Below are positions 9,375-19,255 of a DNA stretch of 64,000 nucleotides, piece by piece. How positions within the stretch are numbered: position 1 is the first letter of the stretch; every line of letters starts with the position of its first letter. The stretch is from Candidatus Obscuribacterales bacterium (GTDB taxonomy: Bacteria > Cyanobacteriota > Vampirovibrionia > Obscuribacterales > Obscuribacteraceae), in NCBI GenBank assembly GCA_965228855.1, contig CBDDIJ010000002.1:2400001-2464000 (forward strand). Direction: 5' to 3'. The notes beneath the pieces are model-generated. The model did not search any database. It was not told the origin of the DNA and was given only the letters and a program-made list of their open reading frames with translations. The position numbers and the translations under genes were made by a program.

Positions 9375-10412
9375 TTAAACCAGAGCCGGCACGGGAAGCG
9401 GATTGCGCTCCACGAATTGGCGTTGATGCCAGTAAGGATAAATTGGGGTTTTATCACTAGCCCGATCTAATCGTGCAACTTGTTCTTCGGTTAGATTCCA
9501 ACCAACCGCTCCAAGGTTTTGCTTCAGCTGCTCTTCGTTGCGTGCACCGATAACAATGTTTGCCACGGTTGGGCGCTGTAGAAGCCAGTTTAGCGAGATT
9601 TGCGGTATCGTCTTACCGGTTTCCGCTGCAATCTCGTCGAGCACATCGACAACGTCATACAAATATTCGTTGTCTACCGGAGGACCAAAATCTGCCGTCT
9701 TGTGTAACCTGCTTACTTCCGGAAGTGGCTCATTGCGGCGGATTTTACCGGTCAATCGTCCCCAACCTAGCGGGCTCCAAACCATTGTTCCCACTTTCTG
9801 ATCGATGGCGAGCGGCATCAATTCCCATTCGTACTCCCGACCAATCAGCGAGTAATAAGCCTGGTGCGAAATGTATTTGCTCCATCCATACTTCTCTGAT
9901 GTGCTTAGAGACTTCATCAGATGCCACCCTGAAAAATTCGAGCAGCCGATGTATCGAACTTTGCCGCTTTGAACCAGATTGTCCAATGTGCTCAGGACTT
10001 CTTCAACTGGTGTCAGTGCGTCAAACCCATGCATGTGGTAGATGTCGATGTAATCGGTGCCAAGTCTTTTAAGACTGGCATCAACAGCCTTGATCAGATG
10101 GTGGCGTGATGAACCAAGATCGTTTGGACCATCGTCCATTTTGAACGTCGCTTTTGTCGATATCAGAGTCTTGTCTCTGCGTTTGCCAATTGCTTTGCCG
10201 AGAATCTCTTCTGACATTCCCCTTGAATAAATGTCGGCAGTGTCGAAAAAGTTTACACCGGCATCGAGGCAAAGATCGACGAGACGAGTAGCCTCTTTAA
10301 CGTCGGAGTCCCCCCAGGCCTTGAATAATTCCCCGCCACCGCCGAAGGTGGCAGCACCAAAGCTGAGAACCGGGACTTTCAAACCTGAGCCGCCAAGTTG
10401 TCTAAATTCCAT
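9375..10412 (-). CDS. Aldo/keto reductase
   Basis: FDTADIYSRGMSEEILG, SLKRLGTDYIDIY, GKVRYIGCSN, WSPLGWG. Confidence 0.93.
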   Translation of the reverse strand: MEFRQLGGSGLKVPVLSFGAATFGGGGELFKAWGDSDVKEATRLVDLCLDAGVNFFDTADIYSRGMSEEILGKAIGKRRDKTLISTKATFKMDDGPNDLGSSRHHLIKAVDASLKRLGTDYIDIYHMHGFDALTPVEEVLSTLDNLVQSGKVRYIGCSNFSGWHLMKSLSTSEKYGWSKYISHQAYYSLIGREYEWELMPLAIDQKVGTMVWSPLGWGRLTGKIRRNEPLPEVSRLHKTADFGPPVDNEYLYDVVDVLDEIAAETGKTIPQISLNWLLQRPTVANIVIGARNEEQLKQNLGAVGWNLTEEQVARLDRASDKTPIYPYWHQRQFVERNPLPVPALV

Positions 10413-10559
10413 GAGTTTTTACCTGCGTTTCAAACCAAATCTTTCGCCGCACATGTTGGAACGCCCTCGCTGTATCTGTGCGAGGATGCCATGGTGTAGC
10501 GCTTTTTACCAGTCGCAACACCATACCAAATTTGTTCGTCTGTCGGACAGTCTGTTTGT

Positions 10560-10588
10560 ATAATAGACCGGTCGTCTATATTTGTCAA
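10560..10588 (-). promoter_or_regulatory. Sigma70 promoter of the aldo-keto reductase with a palindromic operator in the spacer
   Basis: Minus strand reads TTGACA-17 nt-TATTAT; ATAGAC-CGGTC-GTCTAT palindrome at 10563-10579. Confidence 0.8.
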
Positions 10589-10659
10589 TACGCAAGTGTA
10601 GTACCATTTACTGCCGTTAGAGAATAAAAATTGCACGCTTTGCCAGGACGAGGTTTTCC

Positions 10660-11256
10660 ATGCGCGCTTCACTGAGAGTCAGTTTTGTTGTAATTGGTTT
10701 AGTCGCTGTAATATTCAACGGTCCTGCAGGCGGCGCTCAGTCGCAGAGCGCTTCGAAATCCGCATCGCCCGTAAACAGACCTCCGGATAAAAAGAAAACC
10801 TGCCGGCGCTTTGTCCAGGAGTTCTACAACTACTATGTGCCGCTTGTCGGCGGTGAGGGGCCGACAGCAGAAAAGGCGATCGAAGAGAAGAAGTCATTAT
10901 TCGGGCAAGACCTCTATAAGAAGTTGAAGGAAGATTTCGATGCCCAGGCTAAAGTAACCGGTGAAATTGTCGGTTTGGATTTCGACCCATTTCTCAACTC
11001 GCAAGATCCAGCTCCGCGCTATGTTGTTGGAGATGTCACCGAGCGAGCCGGGCATTTCAATGCCGCCGTGCACAGCGTATCTTCAGATGGAAAGAAAAAT
11101 CCTAAACCGGATGTGGTGCCGGAATTGGTGCAGAGAAACAACAAATGGATCTTTCTCAATTTCCATTACGGCAAGAGCTCCTTTCCAGAAAATGAGAACC
11201 TGTTGAGCGTTCTCAAAGCGTTGAGCGATAGCAGAAAAAAGAATCCGGCACAGTAG
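10660..11256 (+). CDS. Exported DUF3828/YbjP-like protein
   Basis: Signal peptide; FVQEFYNYY and LDFDPFLNSQD motifs. Confidence 0.65.
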   Translation: MRASLRVSFVVIGLVAVIFNGPAGGAQSQSASKSASPVNRPPDKKKTCRRFVQEFYNYYVPLVGGEGPTAEKAIEEKKSLFGQDLYKKLKEDFDAQAKVTGEIVGLDFDPFLNSQDPAPRYVVGDVTERAGHFNAAVHSVSSDGKKNPKPDVVPELVQRNNKWIFLNFHYGKSSFPENENLLSVLKALSDSRKKNPAQ

Positions 11257-11393
11257 TCTGCAAGACCGTCGGCGCGTTTCGTTCTCAAAGCTTTCTGTAT
11301 TGTTAAGAGTACAGAGAAATGCCCGCTTATCTGGAACAAATCGGAAAGTCGCCTCCTCTAGAAAACAGACGTAAAGCAGTTTTACAGGAGACG

Positions 11394-11723
11394 ATGATGA
11401 GAAGAGTAGTTACTTTGGCTGTAATAGCCGGAATGTTTGCAACCGGAATTTTCCAATCGGCGGACGCGAAAAAGTGGACGATATACCAGCGCCAGGCGGC
11501 GCTCAGTAAGCGTGTTTCTGCAGCGGAGAAGGCGAAAGAACTCACGTTCAAAGAAGCTCAGAATTTCAAGGACGATCTTGCCGACATCGAAGAAGATAAG
11601 TGCAAGATGATCAGCAAAAACAATGGCAAGCTCAGCTACGAAGACGAAGAGAAGCTTGAGAAGCGACTCAACAAAGTAAGCGTCAAAATTCAAGATAAGA
11701 AGCTCGAGAAGCGTCTTCGCTAA
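11394..11723 (+). CDS. Secreted helical hypothetical protein
   Basis: AGGAG RBS, signal peptide ending ADA, K/E-rich helical body. Confidence 0.7.
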   Translation: MMRRVVTLAVIAGMFATGIFQSADAKKWTIYQRQAALSKRVSAAEKAKELTFKEAQNFKDDLADIEEDKCKMISKNNGKLSYEDEEKLEKRLNKVSVKIQDKKLEKRLR

Positions 11724-11739
11724 TGTCTGCCGGAGAAAG

Positions 11740-12804
11740 TTAGCTGCCTTTGAGGAAATCGAAGCGAGGAAGATCCATTGATCTTGTGTATTCACTATCG
11801 TCTTCGAACTTCATGATCTGCCCGACTGTCCGGCGGATTCCGGCGCAGATATTGTCCAGCGGCAGGTCGTCTCCGTCATATCCGAACGGATCCTCGATGT
11901 CTTCCGCGATTAATTCTATTCCCACCAGGAAATAGGTTGCCGTTAATACTAGCGGCAAGCACCACCACATCGAAAAACTCTGTGACATGTACCAGGGCAT
12001 CGCGAGCAAATTGAGCGCGATCCCTTGTCGCATGAAGGCTCTGTACGAAATCGCAATCGGACTGTTTTTAATCCGTTCGCAACCGCCGGCGATATCCATG
12101 AACGCGAGTGCGTGACGGTCAATCTGAAGCATGAGCATCCCATCGACCTGGCCATCTCGGCGCCATTTTTGCATCAATTCGAATATTTTCCCTGCGATGT
12201 GAACAGGAATGTTTTGCGCATCTACATCTGAGACCACTCCCACTCCCGGAAGTGGGCGACTCGGTTTTGTGCCGCGCAAATGATGTTTCAACGCGTATGC
12301 GAAAGAGATCACCAGCTCTCCCAGTCGGGCTTTGTCGCTGTTTCTGATACCGTCGATGGAGCGTACCTTCAAACAAATATTGCGAGAATCATTGACCAGT
12401 TGTCCCCAGAGCTTTCGACCTTCCCACCAGCGTTCATATGCCGAATTTGTGCGGAATACGAGCAGCAAACCAAGTATGATGCCGCTGGAAGAAACAGCGC
12501 TGAATTCTTTGAACATGTGCGCCGGGAAAGTTTCCTCAGCAAACCAGTCAACTGCAATAGTGTAAACAGCCATTATGGCTACCCACACCCAGATTCGCTT
12601 CACGACCGGTATTTTGTGCATGAGAACGAACGGGCGAGTCCATGAACGAATCCCTTTGATAAAACCGGGAGGCTCGGGTTGGCTCGATGGTGCGGTTGTG
12701 AAAGACAGCTCGATGTCGTCGGCGTCATCGAAACTGGGCGAAGCTGTAGAGGACACAGTTGACTTCCTTGTGCTTGACTCCGTCTGATTATTCCTCATAA
12801 GCAA
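11740..12804 (-). CDS. Bestrophin family (YneE-like) ion channel
   Basis: LLLVFRTNSAYERWWEGRKLWG, GGCERIKNSP, IEDPFGYDGDDLPLD. Confidence 0.92.
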   Translation of the reverse strand: MLMRNNQTESSTRKSTVSSTASPSFDDADDIELSFTTAPSSQPEPPGFIKGIRSWTRPFVLMHKIPVVKRIWVWVAIMAVYTIAVDWFAEETFPAHMFKEFSAVSSSGIILGLLLVFRTNSAYERWWEGRKLWGQLVNDSRNICLKVRSIDGIRNSDKARLGELVISFAYALKHHLRGTKPSRPLPGVGVVSDVDAQNIPVHIAGKIFELMQKWRRDGQVDGMLMLQIDRHALAFMDIAGGCERIKNSPIAISYRAFMRQGIALNLLAMPWYMSQSFSMWWCLPLVLTATYFLVGIELIAEDIEDPFGYDGDDLPLDNICAGIRRTVGQIMKFEDDSEYTRSMDLPRFDFLKGS

Positions 12805-12964
12805 GTTCTTGCCAAGCAGCGAGGCTCTGATACGTCAATCTTCGCAACAGGGGACAAGAGTCCGAGGGCGGAAACCTCGACCGGTGCAGCCATTGTGAAA
12901 ATGTTAGATTGGATTTTATCAACTTCAGGTGAACATTTAGTTCAGCTGGCTGATTAGCGCGGGT

Positions 12965-13957
12965 TCAGGAGTCTGGTTCCAATTTTTTCAATTCTAAAAA
13001 CGGTTTGTCCGGCTGCGGCGTCACGTCCTCCAGCACCTCATCTCCGGTCGCTTCTTCCAGAGGAACATCTGAATCGATGCTAAAGAGAATGTCTCTCAGA
13101 TGATGAGTCATCAACTCGGCGACTGTTGAAACATCATCAATCATACTTATCTGATCGGCTAAATCGTCGAGAGTCATCACCTTCGCGTTGACCGCGACAC
13201 CACATACGATATCAAGCTTCAGCTTCTCTCTCTTGGAATTGTGCGGTTCTAAATGCCCGCGTTGGATCCAGTTGCGTTCCATCGCCTGCGCTCGAGTCAG
13301 GCCGGACGCATCATGGAGACTCGAATGCATAAATCGCCAGACACTTTCCGGAAAAGTAGTTTCACTGTTTGTTGGACGCCCGAAAAGTTCGGCAAGAACT
13401 GTTGGGCTTCCCTCACGAATGGCTTTTGAACCGGACTGTTGCTTCAAAGAATAAGTTGACATGCCGGTGGACACCACACCGGACATCATCTGATTGAAGT
13501 TACCGGGGAATGGTGAAATTGAATCGGTGAAACCCAAAATCGAACCTATAGTGTTCAATGTGCCTGATGCGATGAAATTAATTGCGTTGTTGTATTCGAT
13601 TGCACGATCTCGGCGTTGCTCGAGCATGTCCTGAATGGCGATGAGCAGACCTTGCTCACGGTCCGCCTCGGCTTGCACGCTGGCTGCGTCAAAATACGCT
13701 TCCAGCACGGTTTCCAGAACTTTCGAACGCAGCATCGCGCGACGCTCGGTGGATGCTACGGGTTTCTTGTAGAGCTCTTGAAGCAGCGGAAGAATCTCAA
13801 GCTTTTCGGCGAGGTCACGAGTTTGAGCCGAAAGCGTGTGCACCTTGACGACGTGAAACAGCTCACGGTGAGGACGCTCAGCTAGTCTGCTCTGGGCGCA
13901 TAGCGGCTGTACCGTCAGCGTCAGCAGCGCTAGCAAACAGAGGGCGAACCTGGACAT
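12965..13957 (-). CDS. Secreted or membrane hypothetical protein
   Basis: 330-aa ORF, signal peptide, central hydrophobic Gly-rich hairpin; no family recognised. Confidence 0.7.
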   Translation of the reverse strand: MSRFALCLLALLTLTVQPLCAQSRLAERPHRELFHVVKVHTLSAQTRDLAEKLEILPLLQELYKKPVASTERRAMLRSKVLETVLEAYFDAASVQAEADREQGLLIAIQDMLEQRRDRAIEYNNAINFIASGTLNTIGSILGFTDSISPFPGNFNQMMSGVVSTGMSTYSLKQQSGSKAIREGSPTVLAELFGRPTNSETTFPESVWRFMHSSLHDASGLTRAQAMERNWIQRGHLEPHNSKREKLKLDIVCGVAVNAKVMTLDDLADQISMIDDVSTVAELMTHHLRDILFSIDSDVPLEEATGDEVLEDVTPQPDKPFLELKKLEPDS

Positions 13958-14073
13958 GAAAATGCTCCAATCCGATTACCAAAATCAGCAGCGCAAGCAT
14001 AGCAAAATTGAGGGTAGACTTGAAGCTCGCTAAAGGAATTGAGAAGCGGTTTTTACTCGTTTTTGAGGGCGTC

Positions 14074-14958
14074 ATGATGAAAGCTGAGCACGCGTTAAAA
14101 GTTGGGGCTAAATTGGGGGAGGGACCGTTGTGGCGCGCGCGGGAAAACGCTCTTTATTGGTTGGATATCGTGAATTGCGCTATTCACAGATGGGAGCCGG
14201 CGACCGGCAAGCGAGAGACTTCAATATTCAAGGAGTGGGTATGTGCCCTGGTCTCTTGCGACGACGGCCGATTAATCGGCGCTGTCGAAGATGGGCTTGC
14301 ATTCCTCGATTTCGCAACTGGAACTTTTGAAATTATTGCGAATCCGCTTCCGGATCGCACGATGCGCTTTAACGATGCGTCAGCCGATCGACAGGGGCGG
14401 TTGTGGACTGGGACGATGCAGAGGGAGAACCAGAAACCGGTGGCATCGTTTTACAAGCTCGAGCGTGATTTGAGCCTTGCCGAAATGGATTATGGTTTGT
14501 CGCTTTCGAACGGAATTGGTTTCAGTCCGGATGATTCGATTTTGTATCTTTCAGATTCGGTACAGAACTCAGTCTTCGCTTATGACTTCGACCTTGAAAA
14601 AGGAACAATCGCGAACAAGCGCCAGTTGATATGGGTCGATCCGAAGCGTGATGGCTATCCTGATGGACTGACCGTTGACGCCGAAGGGTACATCTGGCTC
14701 TGTCATTACGACGGTTGGAAAGTAACTCGCCACGCGCCCGATGGTAAGCAGGTCGATTATATCGAGATGCCGGTTCCGCGTCCGACAAGTTGCATGTTTG
14801 GTGGCGCAAACTTGACGGAGTTGTATATCACATCAGCTATCGAGGACTTGAGCGCCGAACAACTCGAGGATGCCCCGATGAGTGGAGACGTATTTGTGGC
14901 CACGCCACCCGTTCCAGGATCTCCGGAGTTCACATTCAAACCTGGCAGACCTGGTTGA
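14074..14958 (+). CDS. SMP-30/gluconolactonase/LRE family protein
   Basis: LGEGPLW, RFNDASAD, SNGIGFSPD, PDGLTVDAEGYIW, PTSCMFGG. Confidence 0.93.
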   Translation: MMKAEHALKVGAKLGEGPLWRARENALYWLDIVNCAIHRWEPATGKRETSIFKEWVCALVSCDDGRLIGAVEDGLAFLDFATGTFEIIANPLPDRTMRFNDASADRQGRLWTGTMQRENQKPVASFYKLERDLSLAEMDYGLSLSNGIGFSPDDSILYLSDSVQNSVFAYDFDLEKGTIANKRQLIWVDPKRDGYPDGLTVDAEGYIWLCHYDGWKVTRHAPDGKQVDYIEMPVPRPTSCMFGGANLTELYITSAIEDLSAEQLEDAPMSGDVFVATPPVPGSPEFTFKPGRPG

Positions 14959-14975
14959 ACGCGTACGCAACCATA

Positions 14976-16859
14976 TCAATACCGAGGCAACGTGAACCAC
15001 AAAATACTTCCAGTTTTATCAGCGGATGTCGAAGATTCGTTTGCAACAGGCTTCGCAAAAGGTTCTGCTGATTGTCTTTCTATTTTTCCGGTCTGACTTT
15101 GCACGTCATGCAACGATGTGCCTGATACGCCAATCTTGCCACCATGAGCATCGACTATCAATTTGCAGATTGCTAAACCCAATCCTGTTCCTTCTTTGGA
15201 TTTTTGAGATGGAACTTCGAAAAATGCGTCAAAAATTCGCTCTCGATATTCGATTGGCACTCCGGGACCGCTGTCGATTACGCGAATCTCGACGGTTGAG
15301 GAAGTCCAGGCCGCAACCACTTCTACCTCGCTTCCTCGTGGTGCATGGCGGATTGCATTTGTCAGCAGATTAACCAGAAGCTGCTGTAGTTTGTTTCTGT
15401 CACCATATACGGTGGTGAACGCATCAGGCAAAACTAAACTGATCGCTTTTCCTTTTGCGGCGGACTTAACCGTTTCAATCGCCGAATCAATTAGCTCTTG
15501 AAGTTCGAAGTTTACTCGTTCCAGTTGCATACGCCCAGACTTCAGCTTTTGGAAGTCCAGCAAATCATTGATGAAGTCAACGAGCTGCTCCACGTTTCTT
15601 ACAGCCGATTCAATTTCGGTTTGGGCTTCCGCCGGTAGCGGTCCTTTTGCTCCCTGCTCGATCATTCCCAGCGATCCGAGCATTGAGGTTAAAGGACTTC
15701 GCAGGTCATGGCTGATCATATCTACGAAATCTTGCTTAAGTCGCTCGATGTTTTTCTCCTCCGTAATGTCGCGAACAAGGGCGAAAAGCGCGTCATCTCT
15801 CTCTGACCATACGCACGACCAGCGGGTGTCGACGGGTGAACCATCCGTCCGCAAGAGTGTTAACTCAAAGGTTCTCATGTCACTTCGTTGGACCGAGGTG
15901 CGAATTTCATCATCCGCTTTCACCGTGTCCTCCGCACGGCAGATATCCAGAAGTGTTTTTGTGAGTAGCTCGTGCTGCTCATAGCCAAGCAAACTGCTGG
16001 ATGATTTGTTAGCTTTCAAAAATGCGCCGTCAGCGCTCAGTGAGCAAATCAAATCACGAGCGTTATCAATCATCGCTTTCTCGCCCGCCAGTGTGCTGTT
16101 TACGCTTTGCGCCATGTTGTGAAACAACCTGTCTAGTCCGCTTAATTCGTCGCGACCCTGTAGCACAGGAAGTAATTGTTCATTTGCTGCCATGCGTCGG
16201 CAATTCTCTTGAATGCGTGTTAATGGTCGCTTGATCGTAAATGCCAGAACCGTGGCTTGCAGAATTCCGAAGAGCACGCTGACAGCGATAGCTATGTATG
16301 GAAGCTGTTGAAATCGCTCCCACCGTTCGCTCACTGCCGACGATGCAATCGTATCCTTCTCTGCGCGAATCAGGGTCGTAAATTTTGTCAGGAATTCGTC
16401 GCAGAGAGCTATCAGGCGAAACGGAAAGTCGTTGTTTACCCGTTTCCAGTGGAGGTCGCCGTGACTTTGCGCGTCGAGGAACCAATCAATGAACGGTTCA
16501 CCTTTGTGAAGCCAGAAATCTTGAACTGCCTGCGCCAGTTTCAATTTCTCAGGCGAATCCTGATAGGTTCGAACAATCTCTGCGAGGGTTTTCTTCGTTT
16601 TGGCAAAGCGCTTAAGCGATTCCTCCCTATCGACCAGACCGTCATCGGTCGTGCTGGTTCTCAATTCGCAGAACGCCTCGATGACCTCGCTCTCGAGTTT
16701 GTAGCCGGTATTGACGTGCTTCCAGGAGCGGGTCTCATCTTCCACTGACTCGATCACCTGGTTCATCTGCAGAAGAAGCACTACAGACAGTGCCACGAGG
16801 CAGGCTAGTGGTACTAGAGTGAAAACTACTATCTGAAACTTAAGCGTATATGGTTTCAC
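14976..16859 (-). CDS. Membrane PAS-domain sensor histidine kinase
   Basis: Two TM segments, HAMP, PAS, SHDLRSPL, NLLTNAIRH, GTGLGLAIC. Confidence 0.92.
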   Translation of the reverse strand: MKPYTLKFQIVVFTLVPLACLVALSVVLLLQMNQVIESVEDETRSWKHVNTGYKLESEVIEAFCELRTSTTDDGLVDREESLKRFAKTKKTLAEIVRTYQDSPEKLKLAQAVQDFWLHKGEPFIDWFLDAQSHGDLHWKRVNNDFPFRLIALCDEFLTKFTTLIRAEKDTIASSAVSERWERFQQLPYIAIAVSVLFGILQATVLAFTIKRPLTRIQENCRRMAANEQLLPVLQGRDELSGLDRLFHNMAQSVNSTLAGEKAMIDNARDLICSLSADGAFLKANKSSSSLLGYEQHELLTKTLLDICRAEDTVKADDEIRTSVQRSDMRTFELTLLRTDGSPVDTRWSCVWSERDDALFALVRDITEEKNIERLKQDFVDMISHDLRSPLTSMLGSLGMIEQGAKGPLPAEAQTEIESAVRNVEQLVDFINDLLDFQKLKSGRMQLERVNFELQELIDSAIETVKSAAKGKAISLVLPDAFTTVYGDRNKLQQLLVNLLTNAIRHAPRGSEVEVVAAWTSSTVEIRVIDSGPGVPIEYRERIFDAFFEVPSQKSKEGTGLGLAICKLIVDAHGGKIGVSGTSLHDVQSQTGKIERQSAEPFAKPVANESSTSADKTGSILWFTLPRY

Positions 16860-18676
16860 GATGTCGCATCCCCTGAATTAGTCGGAATGCGAATCCAGAA
16901 TGTGCTACCTTTGCCGACTTCGCTCTCTACACCCACTTCGCCGCCATGGGCCTCCGCAATGGCTTTGACGATCGCAAGACCAAGCCCGGTACTTTTCATC
17001 GATGACTGTTTTGCTGTTGCCGATTGTCTGAACTTTTCAAAAATCAAGTTAGCATCTTCTTGAGGAATGCCTGGTCCCTCATCGACGATTCGCAATTCAA
17101 CGTGTTTTGCACCACTCTCTATTTCAAGTGTGACGGTGCCATTTTTAGGCGAAAATTTAATTGCGTTGGATAATAGATTTATTACCGCTTGAACCAGACG
17201 CAGTTCGTCACCAAAAATGGTGGCGTCTTCGACGGGACCGACGACCTTAACATATGCGCTGTTGGCCATTGCTTCGAGCGCCTCTTTTGCGGAAACGCAG
17301 ACCGTAGAAGCTCGTATAGACGCTCGATTGAGGACGAGCTTTCCGGCTTCGAGCTTATCCAGCTCCAGCAGATCGTTTACAAGCTCGGTTAAACGAACGA
17401 TGCTTGTTTCGGTTCGTTCTAAAATTTTGAGGACGCCTTCCGACAGCTTCCCGCGTTTGCCCTTTATTAGTAGTCCGATACTATTACTGGTGGCAGTCAC
17501 CGGAGTGCGCAAATCATGACTGACCATCGAGAGAAACTGCTGTTTCAATTTTTCCAGTGCTCGCCGCTCTGTTACGTCGTGGGCAACGCAAAAGTACGTC
17601 TTCTGGCTCGGTGACCAGTTTACCGACCACGAAAAATTTCTGAACACGCCGTCTTTACACCGAATGATATTTTCTAATTCGCCCTGGTGAGTCGGCTCCG
17701 TGGTGATGCGTACGAAATCTGCGAGCGAACCGGCCTGTTCGTTTTTCGGAATTAACGACATAAGCGGACTGCCGAGCAGTTCTTCCTGACTGTAGTTCCA
17801 CAGGCGATTCACCGTTGCACTGATGCCTGTGAACCGAAGTTTGTCGTCGAAAGAGCAAATTACATCGGCTGCGTTTTCCAAGATTGCCAGCTCTCGGTGC
17901 CGTGCCTCAGCGAGGATTTCATTGGTTTTGTGTACCACTCGGTCCAGCCTGGCAATCTCGTCATTGCCTCTCTGAACCGGCGCAAGCGGTTTGTATGCAG
18001 AAACTAAATGAAAGTTTCTTTCAATCTTTTGCAAGCGTCCAAGGATATCTCGCATGAGGAGCATCGCTAAGATGGTTTGAATAACTGTGACGGCGAGAAG
18101 CCCCGAGAAAATAATGGATTGAGTGGTGTGCCGGAAAATGTCGAGTTGAGCAGGTTCTTCATTCAACAAGCGTGATTCGATTCGAACTATCTTTTGTGAT
18201 AATTCGTGCATGTTTAAAATGACACCAGCAAGAGTTTTTGTGGAAAAGTGCTTTTGCCGCTCATTCGCATCGATTTCCGGATCGGTGATCATGTCCTCGA
18301 TGTCGTCAAGGTATCGCACCATCGATTTTCTAATTGACTGAGAGTCGTCGACGATTTCACTGAGTTCCGGATCTAATCTTTGTAAGTCTCGCCACTGAGC
18401 GCCTACCAGGAAATACCTTTTCAGTTTTCGCAGCTGAGGAATAATGACGTCAGGGCTGGGGTTAGCCGGATTGGTGATGACCATGATGCCGCGAGCGACA
18501 TCAGATTCAAATTCGTGCAGTTTCAGTAAAACAGCTTTGCTTACCTGGAGGTCTGCTTGTTGTCGCTGTTTGTCGGAAATGACTTGCGAGAGACCAATAA
18601 AGAAGACAATCTCAAAAAAAACTGGTACCACAACTAGTATCAGCAGTTTTTGAGTGACAGTTAGACTCGCAAACAA
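16856..18676 (-). CDS. Membrane PAS-domain sensor histidine kinase (paralog, coupled to the downstream kinase)
   Basis: SHDLRTPV, NLLSNAIKF, STGLGLAIV; 4-nt GTGA overlap with the next gene. Confidence 0.92.
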   Translation of the reverse strand: MFASLTVTQKLLILVVVPVFFEIVFFIGLSQVISDKQRQQADLQVSKAVLLKLHEFESDVARGIMVITNPANPSPDVIIPQLRKLKRYFLVGAQWRDLQRLDPELSEIVDDSQSIRKSMVRYLDDIEDMITDPEIDANERQKHFSTKTLAGVILNMHELSQKIVRIESRLLNEEPAQLDIFRHTTQSIIFSGLLAVTVIQTILAMLLMRDILGRLQKIERNFHLVSAYKPLAPVQRGNDEIARLDRVVHKTNEILAEARHRELAILENAADVICSFDDKLRFTGISATVNRLWNYSQEELLGSPLMSLIPKNEQAGSLADFVRITTEPTHQGELENIIRCKDGVFRNFSWSVNWSPSQKTYFCVAHDVTERRALEKLKQQFLSMVSHDLRTPVTATSNSIGLLIKGKRGKLSEGVLKILERTETSIVRLTELVNDLLELDKLEAGKLVLNRASIRASTVCVSAKEALEAMANSAYVKVVGPVEDATIFGDELRLVQAVINLLSNAIKFSPKNGTVTLEIESGAKHVELRIVDEGPGIPQEDANLIFEKFRQSATAKQSSMKSTGLGLAIVKAIAEAHGGEVGVESEVGKGSTFWIRIPTNSGDATS

Positions 18677-18841
18677 TGAAAATCCCTTACGCGCAAATCT
18701 TTTAAATGAGCATGCGGTGCCGATTTTATCATGAATAGTAAAGCGATGACGTCCAAGTTGTTTATTGTGAATAACGGTTCGGCGAAATCATGGTATAAAT
18801 TTTGGCCCGAAGCACGTCGAACTACTCGGTGAGGAACAATA

Positions 18842-19243
18842 ATGGGTACAAGTGTTGAGCTTAACGACACTCTTTTGATAAACGAAGCGCAGGGGTTCCC
18901 TTCGGGGCTCTTGAATAGAGATGCTCATGTTCGCAATAGGGTCGATGCTCGGAAGTTTGCTAACGAACTGTTCAAGTTTCAAGAAAAAGATGGAGCACGC
19001 ATTTTTCATCTTGATCCCGTTCGCGTCTATCTTGTTGAAAACATTGATGGGAAGTGGCTTTTCTGGGGCAAGGCGTTTGTTGTAAGTCAAACCATCGAGA
19101 AAAAAGTCGGTCCCGGTGGCGAGTGGAAAGTGGGTGACTGGGTGACGTCCGGTTTGTTTAAAATCGTCGAAGTCTTTGAACCCGATTATCAGGAGATGTT
19201 CACTAAGCGCGAGTCACCGCCAGGTAAGAGCTTTTTTGCGTGA
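18842..19243 (+). CDS. Hypothetical protein
   Basis: GAGGA RBS, 133-aa globular-looking ORF filling the gap. Confidence 0.7.
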   Translation: MGTSVELNDTLLINEAQGFPSGLLNRDAHVRNRVDARKFANELFKFQEKDGARIFHLDPVRVYLVENIDGKWLFWGKAFVVSQTIEKKVGPGGEWKVGDWVTSGLFKIVEVFEPDYQEMFTKRESPPGKSFFA

Positions 19244-19255
19244 ACGCTTTTCGAC

